A stretch of DNA of 63,827 nucleotides. Origin: Eubacteriales bacterium. Its GTDB lineage: Bacteria; Bacillota; Clostridia; Oscillospirales; CAG-272. The stretch's first letter is position 1, and every line of letters starts with the position of its first letter. The position numbers and the translations under genes are program-made. The stretch spans positions 1 to 63,827 of the forward strand of contig JAZRIJ010000029.1 of the NCBI GenBank assembly GCA_045645205.1, read 5' to 3'. The notes under the pieces are model-generated. The model was not told the DNA's origin and did no database searches. It saw only the letters and a list, made by a program, of their open reading frames with translations. Of the stretch, positions 1-10,663 are shown one piece after another.

Positions 1-57
1 GCCTCCGACTTTGTTCATATATTTTCGAAAAGCGGTATTGTTCAGCTGTTGAGCCAT
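1..57 (-). CDS. 5' start of a gene running off the window (MAQQLNNTAFRKYMNKVGG...)
   Basis: ATG at 57 with a GGAGGT RBS, just downstream of the metA stop; frame is open to the window edge. Confidence 0.55.
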   Translation of the reverse strand, partial: MAQQLNNTAFRKYMNKVGG

Positions 58-74
58 ATATTACCTCCGTCAGA

Positions 75-995
75 TCAGTTGATCTCGTTGATATCGTACG
101 GTGTCATTTGGTATACGCAGTAGTTGAGCCAGTTTGCAAAAAGAAGATGAGCGTGACTTCTCCATGTGTTAAGAGGTTTTTTTGACGGATCATCATTGGG
201 AAAATAGTTGTAGGGAACCTGAATATCAAGTCCTTTGTTTGCATCCCTAAAATATTCTTTAGACAAAGTATCGTAATCGTATTCAAGATGTCCTGTCGCA
301 AAAAATCTTCTCATAGACTTGTCTGCAATAAGGAATATACCGGCTTTTTCTGATTCTGCAAGAACCTCAAGGTTTTCATTTTTTCTTACCAGGTCGGAGT
401 CAATATCTGTGTGTCTTGAGTGCGGAGCGTTAAACATCTCATCAAAACCGCGAATCAGGGGATGATCGGGATTGTTTATGGTATGAGGGAATATACCGAA
501 CATTTTCTGCGGAATAATGTGTTTGGGGATACCGTAATGATAATAGAGAGCCGCCTGGGCTGCCCAGCATATATGCAGTGTTGAATAAACATGTGTTTTT
601 GACCATTCCATTATCTTACAAAGCTCATCCCAGTAGCCAACCTCTGAAAAATCAAGATTTTCAACGGGAGCGCCGGTTATAATTAGACCGTCAAATTTTT
701 CATTCATAACATCAGCACAGCTTGTGTAAAAATGATGCATGTGCTCCTCAGGGGTATGCTTGGGTTTATGCGCGGTAGAGGGGTACAGCAGAGTAAGCTC
801 AACCTGTAATGATGTATTGGATAGCAGTCTAATAAGCTGAGTCTCGGTAACAATTTTTGTTGGCATTAGGTTAAGAACGGCTATCTTCAAGGGACGAATG
901 TCCTGATGAACTGCTCGGTTTTCGTCCATTACAAATATATTTTCATTTTCAAGTATGCCGACAGCAGGCAGACCTGCGGGAACTTTAATAGGCAT
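75..995 (-). CDS. metA: Homoserine O-acyltransferase of the MetA family, probably acetyl-specific
   Basis: MPIKVP start, LNLMP, ICWAAQA catalytic Cys, GHLEY; GAPVE has Glu at the specificity position associated with acetyl-CoA use. Confidence 0.93.
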   Translation of the reverse strand: MPIKVPAGLPAVGILENENIFVMDENRAVHQDIRPLKIAVLNLMPTKIVTETQLIRLLSNTSLQVELTLLYPSTAHKPKHTPEEHMHHFYTSCADVMNEKFDGLIITGAPVENLDFSEVGYWDELCKIMEWSKTHVYSTLHICWAAQAALYYHYGIPKHIIPQKMFGIFPHTINNPDHPLIRGFDEMFNAPHSRHTDIDSDLVRKNENLEVLAESEKAGIFLIADKSMRRFFATGHLEYDYDTLSKEYFRDANKGLDIQVPYNYFPNDDPSKKPLNTWRSHAHLLFANWLNYCVYQMTPYDINEIN

Positions 996-1151
996 AATGT
1001 TATCACCTCATAAAAAATATTTTGCTATTAAACTATTATATCAATTATTGTTCCTTATATCAAGAGTTTTTGAAAAAATATTACACAACAAACAATTCTG
1101 TTATACTCTTTGAATACAGTTGCAAAGAGCCAATATTGCACAAACAAAAAA

Positions 1152-1179
1152 TGTGCAGAAGGCAATACCCTTCTGCACA
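1152..1179 (-). terminator. Intrinsic terminator of the dehydrogenase operon
   Basis: TGTGCAGAAGG/CCTTCTGCACA 11-bp stem followed by a T-run on the minus strand. Confidence 0.75.
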
Positions 1180-1202
1180 AAGATTTATTTTGGTTTAATA
1201 AA

Positions 1203-3686
1203 TTAAACACCCTTCTTGTATCTTTCGATCTTTTCTACATCGCTAAAGTTGTGTGTAGGAACATAACCGGGAATAGGCATGATTTTTTCGTGGATGCAAT
1301 CAATAATTGTATCGGGATAGGGGAAGAATGCTGTTTCAAGCTCGTGAGCAGGAGTAATCCAGTTGCGTGAGCCGAGAGCAATCGCGGGAGCATCGAGGTA
1401 ATCAAATGCAAGCTCGGAGATGTTTGCAGCCATATCCTTCATAATGGAACCACGTTCAACAGCGTCGCCAACAATAACTATCTTACCTGTCTTCTTAACA
1501 GATTCAATAACTTTTGTGTAATCAAAAGGAACGATAGAGCGTGTGTCAATTACTTCTGCGGAAATGCCGTACTTTTCTTCGAGTGTCTTTGCAGCCTCAA
1601 GAGCGCGGTAAAGAACTGCGCCGATAGTAAGAATTGTGATATCCTTACCCTCCTTCTTAACATCGGGTTCGCCCATTGTGATCTCGTATGTGCCTTCAGG
1701 AACGCCGCCTGCCATGAATTCCTCGCCCTTGTCGTAGATTCTTTGGGATTCAAAGAATACAACGGGGTCGGTTCCTTCGAGAGCTGCTGTCATAAGACCT
1801 TTCGCGTCTGCGGGAGTAGAGGGGAATACGACCTTAAGACCCGGAATGTGAGCAGCGAGAGCTGTCCAGTCTTGAGAGTGCTGTGCGCCGTATTTTGAAC
1901 CAACGGATACACGGAGAACGATAGGCATCTTGAGGATACCTGCGGACATTGACTGCCACTTAGCCATCTGGTTGAATATTTCGTCGCCTGCGCATCCCAT
2001 AAAGTCAGCATACATAAGCTCAACGATAGCGCGGCCGCCGCACATTGCGTAACCAACTGCAGAACCAACGATTGCAGACTCGGAAATGGGAGCGTTGAAA
2101 AATCTGTGATAAGGAATAGCTTCGGTCATTTTCTTATATACACCGAATGCGCCGCCCCAGTCTCTGTTGTCTTCGCCGTAAGCGATAAGTGTGGGATCAT
2201 CATAGAATTTATCAATGATAGGCTCAGCGAGACCGTCTCTGATGTTGTACATCTTCATCTTGGAAACAGGCTTGCCGTTTGCATCTGTAGCAGTACGGAT
2301 CTTGCCCTTAATTTCCTTAACACGAGGGCATTCTTCCTTGGGAACAAGCATTTCTGCTTCTCTTGAGGGATCCATACTCTTGACCTTTTCATTGGAGAAC
2401 ATAATGGATGAAATAGCCTCGGGGTTCTTTGTAAGGTTCATACGGGGAGAAATTTCATCATTGATAGCAAGCTTCATAACTGTTGTCATACGGTTAATAA
2501 TATCTTCATCAATTGCAGCAAATTCAGCTTCTGTAGCAACCTTACCCTTAATCATTTTTGCCTTGTAAGCGGCAATAGGATCTGCTGCGATCCAAGTATC
2601 TATTTCTTCCTGTGTTCTGTATGTGGAGGAGTCGGAAGGAGAGTGTCCGGAAACACGGTATGTTACAACGTCGAGAAGCGCGGGTCCCTTACCTGCAAGG
2701 AGAAGCTCTTTCTTTCTTGAAACAGCATCAATAACTGCAAAGGGATCGTAACCGTTAACTCTTTCAGCGTGCATCATATCGGGGTTGAAGCCGGCACCCA
2801 AACGTGCAGCCATATCGTAACCCATTGTTTCGCCTCTTGTTTGACCGCCCATACCGTAATTATTGTTGAATACGTTGAATAGGATGGGGAGTCCGCCGTT
2901 GGGATATTTGCCGTCCATACCCCAGAGCTTTGTGATCTGGTCCATAGAAGCAAAGTTGAAGGATTCGAGAACGGGACCGCGTCCGAGCGCGCCGTCACCT
3001 GAGTTAGCAATAACAATACCGGGCTTGTGGTTAGCTCTCTTGTAGAGCGCAGCACCGAGAGCAATAGGACCTGAACCGCCGACGATAGCGTTGTTTGGCA
3101 TAAGACCGAAGGGAATGAAGAACGCGTGCATAGAACCGCCGAGACCCTTGTTGAAACCTGTTGTTCTTGCAAAGATCTCTGCCAAAGCTCCGTAAAGGAT
3201 GAAGTTCTTTGCGAGTTCCTTGATGTCCGAGGTGGGCATATGTTTTTCAACAATTGAAAGGAGTGTTCCGCCGAGGAATTCCTTCATAATATCGTAAACT
3301 TCTTTTTCGTCAAGCTTGTGAATAGAGGACAAGCTTTTTGCAATAATTTCGCCGTGGCTTCTGTGTGAACCGAATGAAAAGTCATTCATATCGAGAGCGT
3401 ATGCTTCACCTACTGCGGATGCCTCTTGACCTATTGAAAGGTGGGCAGGTCCTGGGTTGTTGTATTCAACGCCGTTGTAAGCAGACTTTGTCTTAACCTC
3501 GTTAAGCATTGTCTCAAATTCACGGATAACGCGCATATCGTGGTAAATACGCATCATATCGTCTTTTGTGTATATTTTCTTTTCTTCTGCAAGTGTTTTA
3601 TTGTACTGGCAGACCGGAATATCCTTAAATGTGATAAATCCGGGTTCAAAGACTTTTTTAGGGTCTACAAATTGACTTTTAGGCAT
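1203..3686 (-). CDS. TPP-dependent 2-oxoacid/acyloin dehydrogenase E1, fused alpha and beta subunits
   Basis: HLSIGQEA, GDG...NN TPP motif and YRVSGHS loop (alpha); GED, PISE and QHSQ (beta). Confidence 0.88.
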   Translation of the reverse strand: MPKSQFVDPKKVFEPGFITFKDIPVCQYNKTLAEEKKIYTKDDMMRIYHDMRVIREFETMLNEVKTKSAYNGVEYNNPGPAHLSIGQEASAVGEAYALDMNDFSFGSHRSHGEIIAKSLSSIHKLDEKEVYDIMKEFLGGTLLSIVEKHMPTSDIKELAKNFILYGALAEIFARTTGFNKGLGGSMHAFFIPFGLMPNNAIVGGSGPIALGAALYKRANHKPGIVIANSGDGALGRGPVLESFNFASMDQITKLWGMDGKYPNGGLPILFNVFNNNYGMGGQTRGETMGYDMAARLGAGFNPDMMHAERVNGYDPFAVIDAVSRKKELLLAGKGPALLDVVTYRVSGHSPSDSSTYRTQEEIDTWIAADPIAAYKAKMIKGKVATEAEFAAIDEDIINRMTTVMKLAINDEISPRMNLTKNPEAISSIMFSNEKVKSMDPSREAEMLVPKEECPRVKEIKGKIRTATDANGKPVSKMKMYNIRDGLAEPIIDKFYDDPTLIAYGEDNRDWGGAFGVYKKMTEAIPYHRFFNAPISESAIVGSAVGYAMCGGRAIVELMYADFMGCAGDEIFNQMAKWQSMSAGILKMPIVLRVSVGSKYGAQHSQDWTALAAHIPGLKVVFPSTPADAKGLMTAALEGTDPVVFFESQRIYDKGEEFMAGGVPEGTYEITMGEPDVKKEGKDITILTIGAVLYRALEAAKTLEEKYGISAEVIDTRSIVPFDYTKVIESVKKTGKIVIVGDAVERGSIMKDMAANISELAFDYLDAPAIALGSRNWITPAHELETAFFPYPDTIIDCIHEKIMPIPGYVPTHNFSDVEKIERYKKGV

Positions 3687-3766
3687 AGTTTTTATCTCCT
3701 TTATTTGATTTATATTTTATAAATTTTAAAAGTTACGGAAGCGGTAAAAACCTAACTCCCTTTTAA

Positions 3767-5128
3767 TTATATCTGAAACAGGCCTTCGCGGATAACTTCA
3801 CAAACTGTGGGGTGTGGGAATACCATCTTGTGAACATCTTCAACACGCATTTCGTTTTCGACCATCATAGCCGCCCCATATATAATTTCGGATGCATAAG
3901 AGCCTATCATGTGAACACCAAGAATAGTGCGGTGTTTTTTGTCGATAATGATCTTAACAATACCGTCTCCGCCTTCGTTTTCAGCAATGTATCTGCCCGA
4001 GTAACGAAGGGTGAAGCTTTCTGTTTTTGTTTCAAGGCCCTTAGCTTTAACTGTTTCCGAAGTTTCGCCTACACTTGCAACCTCTGGGTTTGTATAGATA
4101 ACAGCAGGAATAGCGTTGTAGTTCATCTTATCTTTCTTGCCAAGAATATTATTTATGCAAACCTCGCCTTCACGGTATGCGGTATGAGCAAGCATGGATT
4201 TGCCGTTAATATCGCCTGCAGCCCAAACACCCGGAACGTTTGTCTTTCCGTCTTCACCTGTAACGATAGCGCCTCTTTCTGTAAGAACGCCAATGTTTTC
4301 AAGTCCGAGACCTACAGAGGAGGGTCTTCTTCCGATAGAAACGAGAACGCAGTCAGCCTTAACTGTCTTTGCCTCGCCTGCAAGCTCATAGTTTACGCAG
4401 TCGGTTCCGATAGATGTAACCTTTGCGGAGAGAATAAACTCAACGCCCTTCTTCTTGTAATTTTTAAGAAGAATAGAAGAGATTTCGCTGTCTGTAGGTC
4501 CTGCGATGTGGTCGAGCATTTCGATAACCTTAACGTTTGAACCGATGGAGTTGAAATAGCTTGCCATTTCAAGACCGATAACACCGCCGCCGATTACAAC
4601 AAGTTCTTTTGGAACGGTTGTCATATCAAGTATCTCGCGGTTTGTCTTTCCAAAACCGGAAGAAACAGCCTCTCTGAGACCGGGAATAGGAGGAACAGCA
4701 GCTTCAGAGCCTGCGCAGATAAGCAACTGTTTGCCTGTGTATTCTTTATCGCCGGCTTTTACAACAAAACCGCCAGCAGTCTTTTCTTTTATTTCTGCAA
4801 GTTCTTTTACAACCTCAACGCCCGCTCTTTTCATTGTGCCTTCAATACCTGAAACGAGAGTTTTTACGACCTTGCCCTTTCTTTCAATAACTTTTGCGTG
4901 GTCAATTGAGGCACCGTCAAACTTAACGCCGTAAGCTTCGCTGTGCTTTGCATAGTCATAGATCTTTGCTGAGTAAAGCAGTGTCTTTGTGGGAATACAA
5001 CCCTCGTTGAGACAAACTCCGCCCATCGCGCGTTTTTCAATAACAAGAGTCTTAAGACCGCCGTGTGCGGCTTTTTCGGCTGCATTATAACCTGCCGGTC
5101 CGCCGCCGATTACAATAAGATCGTACAT
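3767..5128 (-). CDS. lpdA: Dihydrolipoyl dehydrogenase (E3)
   Basis: GGGPAG, GGVCLNEGCIP redox disulfide, HPTxxE. Confidence 0.93.
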   Translation of the reverse strand: MYDLIVIGGGPAGYNAAEKAAHGGLKTLVIEKRAMGGVCLNEGCIPTKTLLYSAKIYDYAKHSEAYGVKFDGASIDHAKVIERKGKVVKTLVSGIEGTMKRAGVEVVKELAEIKEKTAGGFVVKAGDKEYTGKQLLICAGSEAAVPPIPGLREAVSSGFGKTNREILDMTTVPKELVVIGGGVIGLEMASYFNSIGSNVKVIEMLDHIAGPTDSEISSILLKNYKKKGVEFILSAKVTSIGTDCVNYELAGEAKTVKADCVLVSIGRRPSSVGLGLENIGVLTERGAIVTGEDGKTNVPGVWAAGDINGKSMLAHTAYREGEVCINNILGKKDKMNYNAIPAVIYTNPEVASVGETSETVKAKGLETKTESFTLRYSGRYIAENEGGDGIVKIIIDKKHRTILGVHMIGSYASEIIYGAAMMVENEMRVEDVHKMVFPHPTVCEVIREGLFQI

Positions 5129-5159
5129 TTATATTTTCTTCCTTTCTTAAACCGATAGC

Positions 5160-6473
5160 TTATTTAGCCATAAGGAGATTAAAGTTTTCAAGGTTGGTGC
5201 AGAGTTCTTTCAAAAACCTTGCGGCAGGAGCGCCGTCGAGAGCTCTGTGGTCGAATGTAAGAGAAAGTCCCATTGCATTATAGAATACATCTTGACCGTT
5301 AACTTCCTTTACGCGGCGTGTGATGTTACAAACACCGAGGATACAGGTCTGAGGGGGATTGATAACGGGAGTGAAGCTTTCAACGCCCATAGCTCCGAGA
5401 TTGGTAACGGTGAACGTACCGCCGGAGAGAAGGTCGGGGCTAATAGAGCCTCCCTGAGCCGCCTTAATAACGGTCTTTGCGTTTACGGAAAGTTCGTTGA
5501 GGCTCATCTTGTCAGCGTTGAATACTGTGGGAACGAGGAGACCTCTTTCGGTGTCAACGGCGATGCCGAGGTTAACATTGTTGAAATATCTCATCTTGTC
5601 GCCGAGGAAGTGAGCGTTGCAGTCTTTGTGGCTTTTCAATGTTTTTGCAACTGCAAAGAGAACCATATCGTTGAATGTAATATTGTTAAGACCCATAGAC
5701 TCTGCGTTCTTCTTAAGAAGCGCGCGGTATTCTATAAGCTGTGTTGCATCGAAAGACGCGTTGAGTGTAAGCTGTGCCATGGAAGAGAGTGATTCGTGCA
5801 TTGACTTTGCAATAACTTTTCTGACATTGGAGAGCTTAACGTCTTCGTATTCAGCAATTGGAGCTACAGCGGCAGAGGGAGCCTGTACGGGAACTTCTTC
5901 AGTTGCCGCAGTAGGAGCAACACCTGTTTTTATAAATGTTTCATACTGTTCGGGAGTAAGTCTCTGACCGTTGTCAAGCAGTCTGTTTACATCTCTTTCG
6001 ATAATTCTTCCGTTAGGACCTGTTGGGGTAGCCTGTGAAAGATCGGCGTATGTTTTGTTTGCAAGGTTTTTTGCGCGGGGAGAGATTTTCATTGCTCCGT
6101 CCTTGTCGGCGCTTGCCGTTACAATAACAACTTCCTCTTTCTTAGCTTCCTCTTTCTTTTCTTCTGTGGGAGTGGATACTTCTGCAGGAGCTTGTTCAGC
6201 GTTTGCTTTAGGCATAAGGGTGCTTATATCTTCGCCTGCCTGACCTATAATACATACAGGTTCAAGGCAGGGAACATCGTCGCCTTCCTCTGCAAATACT
6301 TCAAGAAGAGTACCCGAAACTGTTGCGGGTTCATCAAAAGATGACTTGTCTGTTTCATAGGAGAAGAGAACATCGCCTTCGGCAATGGCATCTCCTTTTT
6401 TCTTTTTCCATTCAGTAATGACGCAACTTTCGACAGACTGTCCTTGGCGCGGCATTATAACTAATGTTGCCAT
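5160..6473 (-). CDS. Dihydrolipoamide acyltransferase (E2) with one lipoyl domain
   Basis: ETDKS lipoyl Lys, TGPNGRI subunit-binding domain, DHRALDG; start moved to the ATG after a GGAGGT RBS. Confidence 0.9.
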   Translation of the reverse strand: MATLVIMPRQGQSVESCVITEWKKKKGDAIAEGDVLFSYETDKSSFDEPATVSGTLLEVFAEEGDDVPCLEPVCIIGQAGEDISTLMPKANAEQAPAEVSTPTEEKKEEAKKEEVVIVTASADKDGAMKISPRAKNLANKTYADLSQATPTGPNGRIIERDVNRLLDNGQRLTPEQYETFIKTGVAPTAATEEVPVQAPSAAVAPIAEYEDVKLSNVRKVIAKSMHESLSSMAQLTLNASFDATQLIEYRALLKKNAESMGLNNITFNDMVLFAVAKTLKSHKDCNAHFLGDKMRYFNNVNLGIAVDTERGLLVPTVFNADKMSLNELSVNAKTVIKAAQGGSISPDLLSGGTFTVTNLGAMGVESFTPVINPPQTCILGVCNITRRVKEVNGQDVFYNAMGLSLTFDHRALDGAPAARFLKELCTNLENFNLLMAK

Positions 6474-6500
6474 AAGTTTTACCTCCAAAAATTGTATATA

Positions 6501-7271
6501 TTAATTATATGCTCTGATTATGTTAACACCGTTTTGTTCTGCAATTAATGCAATATCTTCCGGAAGTTTACCGTTTGTAATAATAGAAGAAACACTCTTA
6601 AGGTCGCAGAAGGTGTAGGGAAGACTCTTGTCCAATTTTGATGTATCAAGAAGAACTATAATTTTTCTTGCTTTTTCAACAATAAGCTTTTTAAGTTCAC
6701 ACTCGCTGTAGTTGCCGCAGGTAAGACCGGTTTGCGCCGATGCACCCGATGGTACTATAAATGCAATATCTATATTTATGTCATCAAGAAATTGTAAAGC
6801 CTGTGTTCCCGAAACGGAAATGTTGTCTCTGTTTAGCATACCGCCTACAAGGTTAACGAGAGTCTGCTTTTTGTGAAGAAGCTCAAGGGCAATATTGGGG
6901 CCTGTTGTGGTAATTGTAAGTCTTTCTTCAGGGAGAAGGGATGCCATTTTTAACATAGTTGTACCAGAGTCAAGAAATATGGAACGTCCCGTTTCGAGCA
7001 ATTCAATAGCTTTATTTGCCAAAGCTTCTTTTGCGGGAACGTTTTTTTGCATACGTCTTGGAAACTCTTCTTCCATCGAGGTTGTAATAAATTTCATGGA
7101 TCGTGCGCCGCCTCTTACCTTTATAGCTTCACCTTGCTGTTCAAAGTAATCAATATCACGGCGGATAGTCATACTTGAAACATCGGGAAACAGTTCTATA
7201 AGTTCCTTTAAAGAAACAAATGGTTTCGAATGAAGCAGCTCCTTAACTATTCTTCTTCTTTCGGAATTCAT
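6501..7271 (-). CDS. DeoR/GlpR family transcriptional regulator
   Basis: VSxMTIRRD helix-turn-helix, IFLDSGTT sensor domain. Confidence 0.9.
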   Translation of the reverse strand: MNSERRRIVKELLHSKPFVSLKELIELFPDVSSMTIRRDIDYFEQQGEAIKVRGGARSMKFITTSMEEEFPRRMQKNVPAKEALANKAIELLETGRSIFLDSGTTMLKMASLLPEERLTITTTGPNIALELLHKKQTLVNLVGGMLNRDNISVSGTQALQFLDDINIDIAFIVPSGASAQTGLTCGNYSECELKKLIVEKARKIIVLLDTSKLDKSLPYTFCDLKSVSSIITNGKLPEDIALIAEQNGVNIIRAYN

Positions 7272-7669
7272 AAAATGGATTCTCCTTGTTTTTTTAATAA
7301 TAATTGATTAAAATTACACACATTATGTTATATTTAACATTAAATCAATATAATTATAGTATGTTATTATCACAATGTCAACAATTTTATTATTAAATTA
7401 CGTATTATTACAACTAAATTATTGCACAATCGCAATTTGTATTATTTAGGTGTAAAAAATCACATTTGTCTAACAGTTGTATTGTGTACTATAAAATTAA
7501 AAAGTAAAATAATATTCATTTAATTATAACATATTATTTGTAATTATTTAAGTGTTTTGGTAAAAAAGTCATTGTAATTTATACAAAAATTTTAGCTTAG
7601 AATTTGTGCAAACTGTAATATAAAACACTGTCGTACATATTAATACGGCAGTGTCGTTAATTGTATTTT

Positions 7670-9685
7670 TTAAGTTGCGTTATTTTGAGTTGCCGGAGGT
7701 TCAGTTTGTAGCGGTTCTGTTGCCGGAGGCTCGGTCCGAGGAGGATCGGTCACCTCAGGTTCGGGACCGTTGCTTACATAAATCGTAATCATAGTGCCCT
7801 CTTCCGAGTCTTTACTGGGAGTTACTTGAACATTGTATGCAGGTCCTGTCTTAAATACATAACCTGCGCGCTGGGTTGAATTATATTCTGTAATTGTTGT
7901 ATAACGAAGATTGAGTCTGTCAAGATCTGCTCTTACAGAGTCTATATGCTGTCCGACATAGTTTGGAAGAGCTATTGTTTTGGGACCTTCTGTTTCAGCA
8001 GGACCTTTGCTTGCTATAATGTGAATATCGGTACCTGTTGGGAGCTCAATGCCCTCTTCGCTGCTTTGTTCGAGTATCTCACCCTTAGGTTTGTTGGAAT
8101 CCTGATAGGTAATGTTGCCTAAACTCAGCTGATTGCTTTCGAGCAGTTTTTTTGCGTCATCAAGAGTTTTGCCTATAAGATTGGGCATCTTTACCATTTT
8201 AAGATCCGGTCCGTCGCTAACGTACAGTTTAATAACCGTATCCTTGGATACTATTGTTCCCGGTGCAGGCTCGGTTCTTATAACCATACCTTCGGAAATA
8301 AGATCGTGCTTTTCAAATTTAACGGTTGTTTTGAGACCTATCTTTTCTGCCTTTATCTCTACAGTTCTGTAATCTGTCATAGTATAATTGGGCAGTTCAA
8401 GAGTCATAGCGTTTTCGTCTCTGCATATTGTCAGTGTAAGATCGCACTTCTGCTTACCTTCAATAATAATTCTTTTTGAATCCTTAACAGGTTTTTGTTT
8501 TACTATTGTGTAAGGCGCATAATCCTTGTTGTCTGTATAGTCGATAATAACATTGTAGCCTTGCGCTTCAAGCTCTTCTTTCATTTCTTCGCTATAAATC
8601 TGATTAATGAAGTCGGGGACAATAATCTCTTTTCTTGTTGAAGGATCATCCTTAAATAAATTTGTTATAATAGAGATAAGAGAAATCGCCAATATAATAA
8701 TAAAAGCAATACTTATTCCGGCAATAACCGGAAGCATAGAACTGTTCTGTCTCTTTCCCTTAGGTTTTTTTCTTTTCAACTTTGCCAAAACTCCTTTTAT
8801 GCCTGTGGGGGCAGGAATGGCTGACATTTTCTTGTTGCTGAATATATACGTGGGATTGGCAAGCATTTGTTCAACGTGTTTGCGCATAACAGTAGCTGTC
8901 TGGAAACGTTTATCTGCATTTTTTTCCATAGCGGTCAGAATTATCTGTTCAACACCCACAGCAAGTCTCGGAACTTTTTCTCTTGGATTCTTCGGTTGTT
9001 CATTTATCTGTTTCAATGCAACGGATACGGGAGTGTCTGCCTTAAAGGGCAAATCGCCTGTCAACATCTCATACATAACTATACCCAACGAATAAAGGTC
9101 GCTTCTGGGATCAATGGTCTTTCCGCTTGCCTGCTCGGGACTGATGTAATAAACAGTTCCGATAGCCTTGTCCGCAACGGTGACGGTTTCCGCATTTGGA
9201 AGCTTGGCTATGCCAAAGTCGGTAACTTTTATTACACCGTTTTTCAAAAGCATAATATTCTGAGGTTTAATATCACGGTGGATAATTCCCTTAGAATGCG
9301 CGTGTTCAAGAGCTTTCAGTATTTGCTGTGTGTACACGAGAGCTTCACGGGTGCTTAATGCGCCCTTTATTGTAATGTAATTCTTCAGTGTAATACCCTC
9401 GACTCTTTCCATAACAATGTATTTTAGATCGCCCTTTATGGAAATATCGTAAATTGATACAATGTTAGGGTGTGATAACATAGATATAGCTTTGGATTCA
9501 TTTATAAATCTTTTAACTGATTGAGGGTCTTTCGCAATATCATCCTTGAGTACCTTCAATGCAACAACGCGCTTCATAGCAAGGTCTAATGCTTCAAATA
9601 CAATAGCCATACCGCCCTTGCCAATTACTTTTACTATTTTATATCTATTGTCGAGAACATTCCCGATATATTTTTCAAGTTCCAT
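7670..9685 (-). CDS. prkC: PASTA-domain Ser/Thr kinase (PrkC/Stk1)
   Basis: GKGGMA, HRDIKPQN, DFG, one TM helix, several PASTA repeats. Confidence 0.93.
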   Translation of the reverse strand: MELEKYIGNVLDNRYKIVKVIGKGGMAIVFEALDLAMKRVVALKVLKDDIAKDPQSVKRFINESKAISMLSHPNIVSIYDISIKGDLKYIVMERVEGITLKNYITIKGALSTREALVYTQQILKALEHAHSKGIIHRDIKPQNIMLLKNGVIKVTDFGIAKLPNAETVTVADKAIGTVYYISPEQASGKTIDPRSDLYSLGIVMYEMLTGDLPFKADTPVSVALKQINEQPKNPREKVPRLAVGVEQIILTAMEKNADKRFQTATVMRKHVEQMLANPTYIFSNKKMSAIPAPTGIKGVLAKLKRKKPKGKRQNSSMLPVIAGISIAFIIILAISLISIITNLFKDDPSTRKEIIVPDFINQIYSEEMKEELEAQGYNVIIDYTDNKDYAPYTIVKQKPVKDSKRIIIEGKQKCDLTLTICRDENAMTLELPNYTMTDYRTVEIKAEKIGLKTTVKFEKHDLISEGMVIRTEPAPGTIVSKDTVIKLYVSDGPDLKMVKMPNLIGKTLDDAKKLLESNQLSLGNITYQDSNKPKGEILEQSSEEGIELPTGTDIHIIASKGPAETEGPKTIALPNYVGQHIDSVRADLDRLNLRYTTITEYNSTQRAGYVFKTGPAYNVQVTPSKDSEEGTMITIYVSNGPEPEVTDPPRTEPPATEPLQTEPPATQNNAT

Positions 9686-9701
9686 TAAAACTCACCTCAT
9701 T

Positions 9702-10511
9702 TTACTCTTCCGTTTCTTCGGGGTGGTTATTTTCCGAAGCGGCAGAGTTAAGTTTTATTATCACGGTTGTAATATTGTCTCCCCCACCGTTTTTGTTTGC
9801 TCTGTCGATCAAAGCCGTGCACATGCTTTCAAGGTCTTTTCCTTCATTTATAATGCTATGTATCACGTTTTCCTCAACAAAGTTTGTGAGTCCGTCGGAA
9901 CACAGTAACAGATATTTTATTCCGTCTGTTGATAGGTCCTTAAAGAAAACATCGGGTTCGGTTTTCTTCTGTGTGCCTATAGCTTTTGTTATTATATTTT
10001 TGTGCGGATTTTTTGAAGCCTCTTCGGGAGTAAGCTGTCCTAAGTCTATAAGAGTTTGTACATAGGAATGGTCTCTTGTAAACTGTGTTATGCTTTCATT
10101 ATTAACAAAATACAGTCTGGAGTCGCCAATGTTTGTGACATAAAGCTTGTTGTCCACTATCAAAGCTGCAACAAGGGTAGTACCCATCCCTGACAAGTTT
10201 TTTTCCTTGGAAGCTTTTTTAAACACAGTTGTATTTGTTAAAGATACTGACTTTTTCAAAAGCTTTTCAATTTCAAGGCTTTCTCCGTTAAATTGCAATT
10301 GTTCTTCCTGTCTTATATCGGACAGTTTTTTCTTTACATGCTTGACAAAATCACGGCATGCCAAAGAGCTGGCAATGCTTCCGCCGTTGGCGCCTCCCAT
10401 TCCATCACATACAAGACATAAAATTGCATTGTCATATAGCTGTTCGGTTATAAAGCTGTCTTGATTTTCTTGACGTTTCATGCCTGTGTCGCTTTTTCCG
10501 AAAAACTGCAT
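9702..10511 (-). CDS. prpC: PP2C Ser/Thr phosphatase (PrpC/Stp1)
   Basis: RQENQD, DGMGG, GDSR, CSDGL, DNIT motifs; adjacent to the kinase. Confidence 0.92.
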   Translation of the reverse strand: MQFFGKSDTGMKRQENQDSFITEQLYDNAILCLVCDGMGGANGGSIASSLACRDFVKHVKKKLSDIRQEEQLQFNGESLEIEKLLKKSVSLTNTTVFKKASKEKNLSGMGTTLVAALIVDNKLYVTNIGDSRLYFVNNESITQFTRDHSYVQTLIDLGQLTPEEASKNPHKNIITKAIGTQKKTEPDVFFKDLSTDGIKYLLLCSDGLTNFVEENVIHSIINEGKDLESMCTALIDRANKNGGGDNITTVIIKLNSAASENNHPEETEE

Positions 10512-10663
10512 ATATTACCTCCGTTAAAATGAAAAAATGCTTAATATAAAATGTAAAAATACTTCTATAAATAATGTAATTGTTTTTATAAATTTACTTA
10601 TGTTTTGCGCAATTGTCCGCAAGTTACGCTTGGGTTTATTTATTTTCCAAAAAGAAATAAACT

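Noticed and set aside
996-1150. SAM riboswitch or T-box upstream of metA
   Set aside because: The leader is short and I recognised no SAM-I or T-box consensus
3812-4540. Long antisense ORFs here and opposite other genes (for example 23561..24232, 26604..27272, 29241..29936)
   Set aside because: Opposite-strand shadows of well-supported genes
7272-7620. Very AT-rich intergenic tract as a possible ncRNA or origin
   Set aside because: No DnaA-box cluster or stable structure seen; consistent with a regulated promoter region
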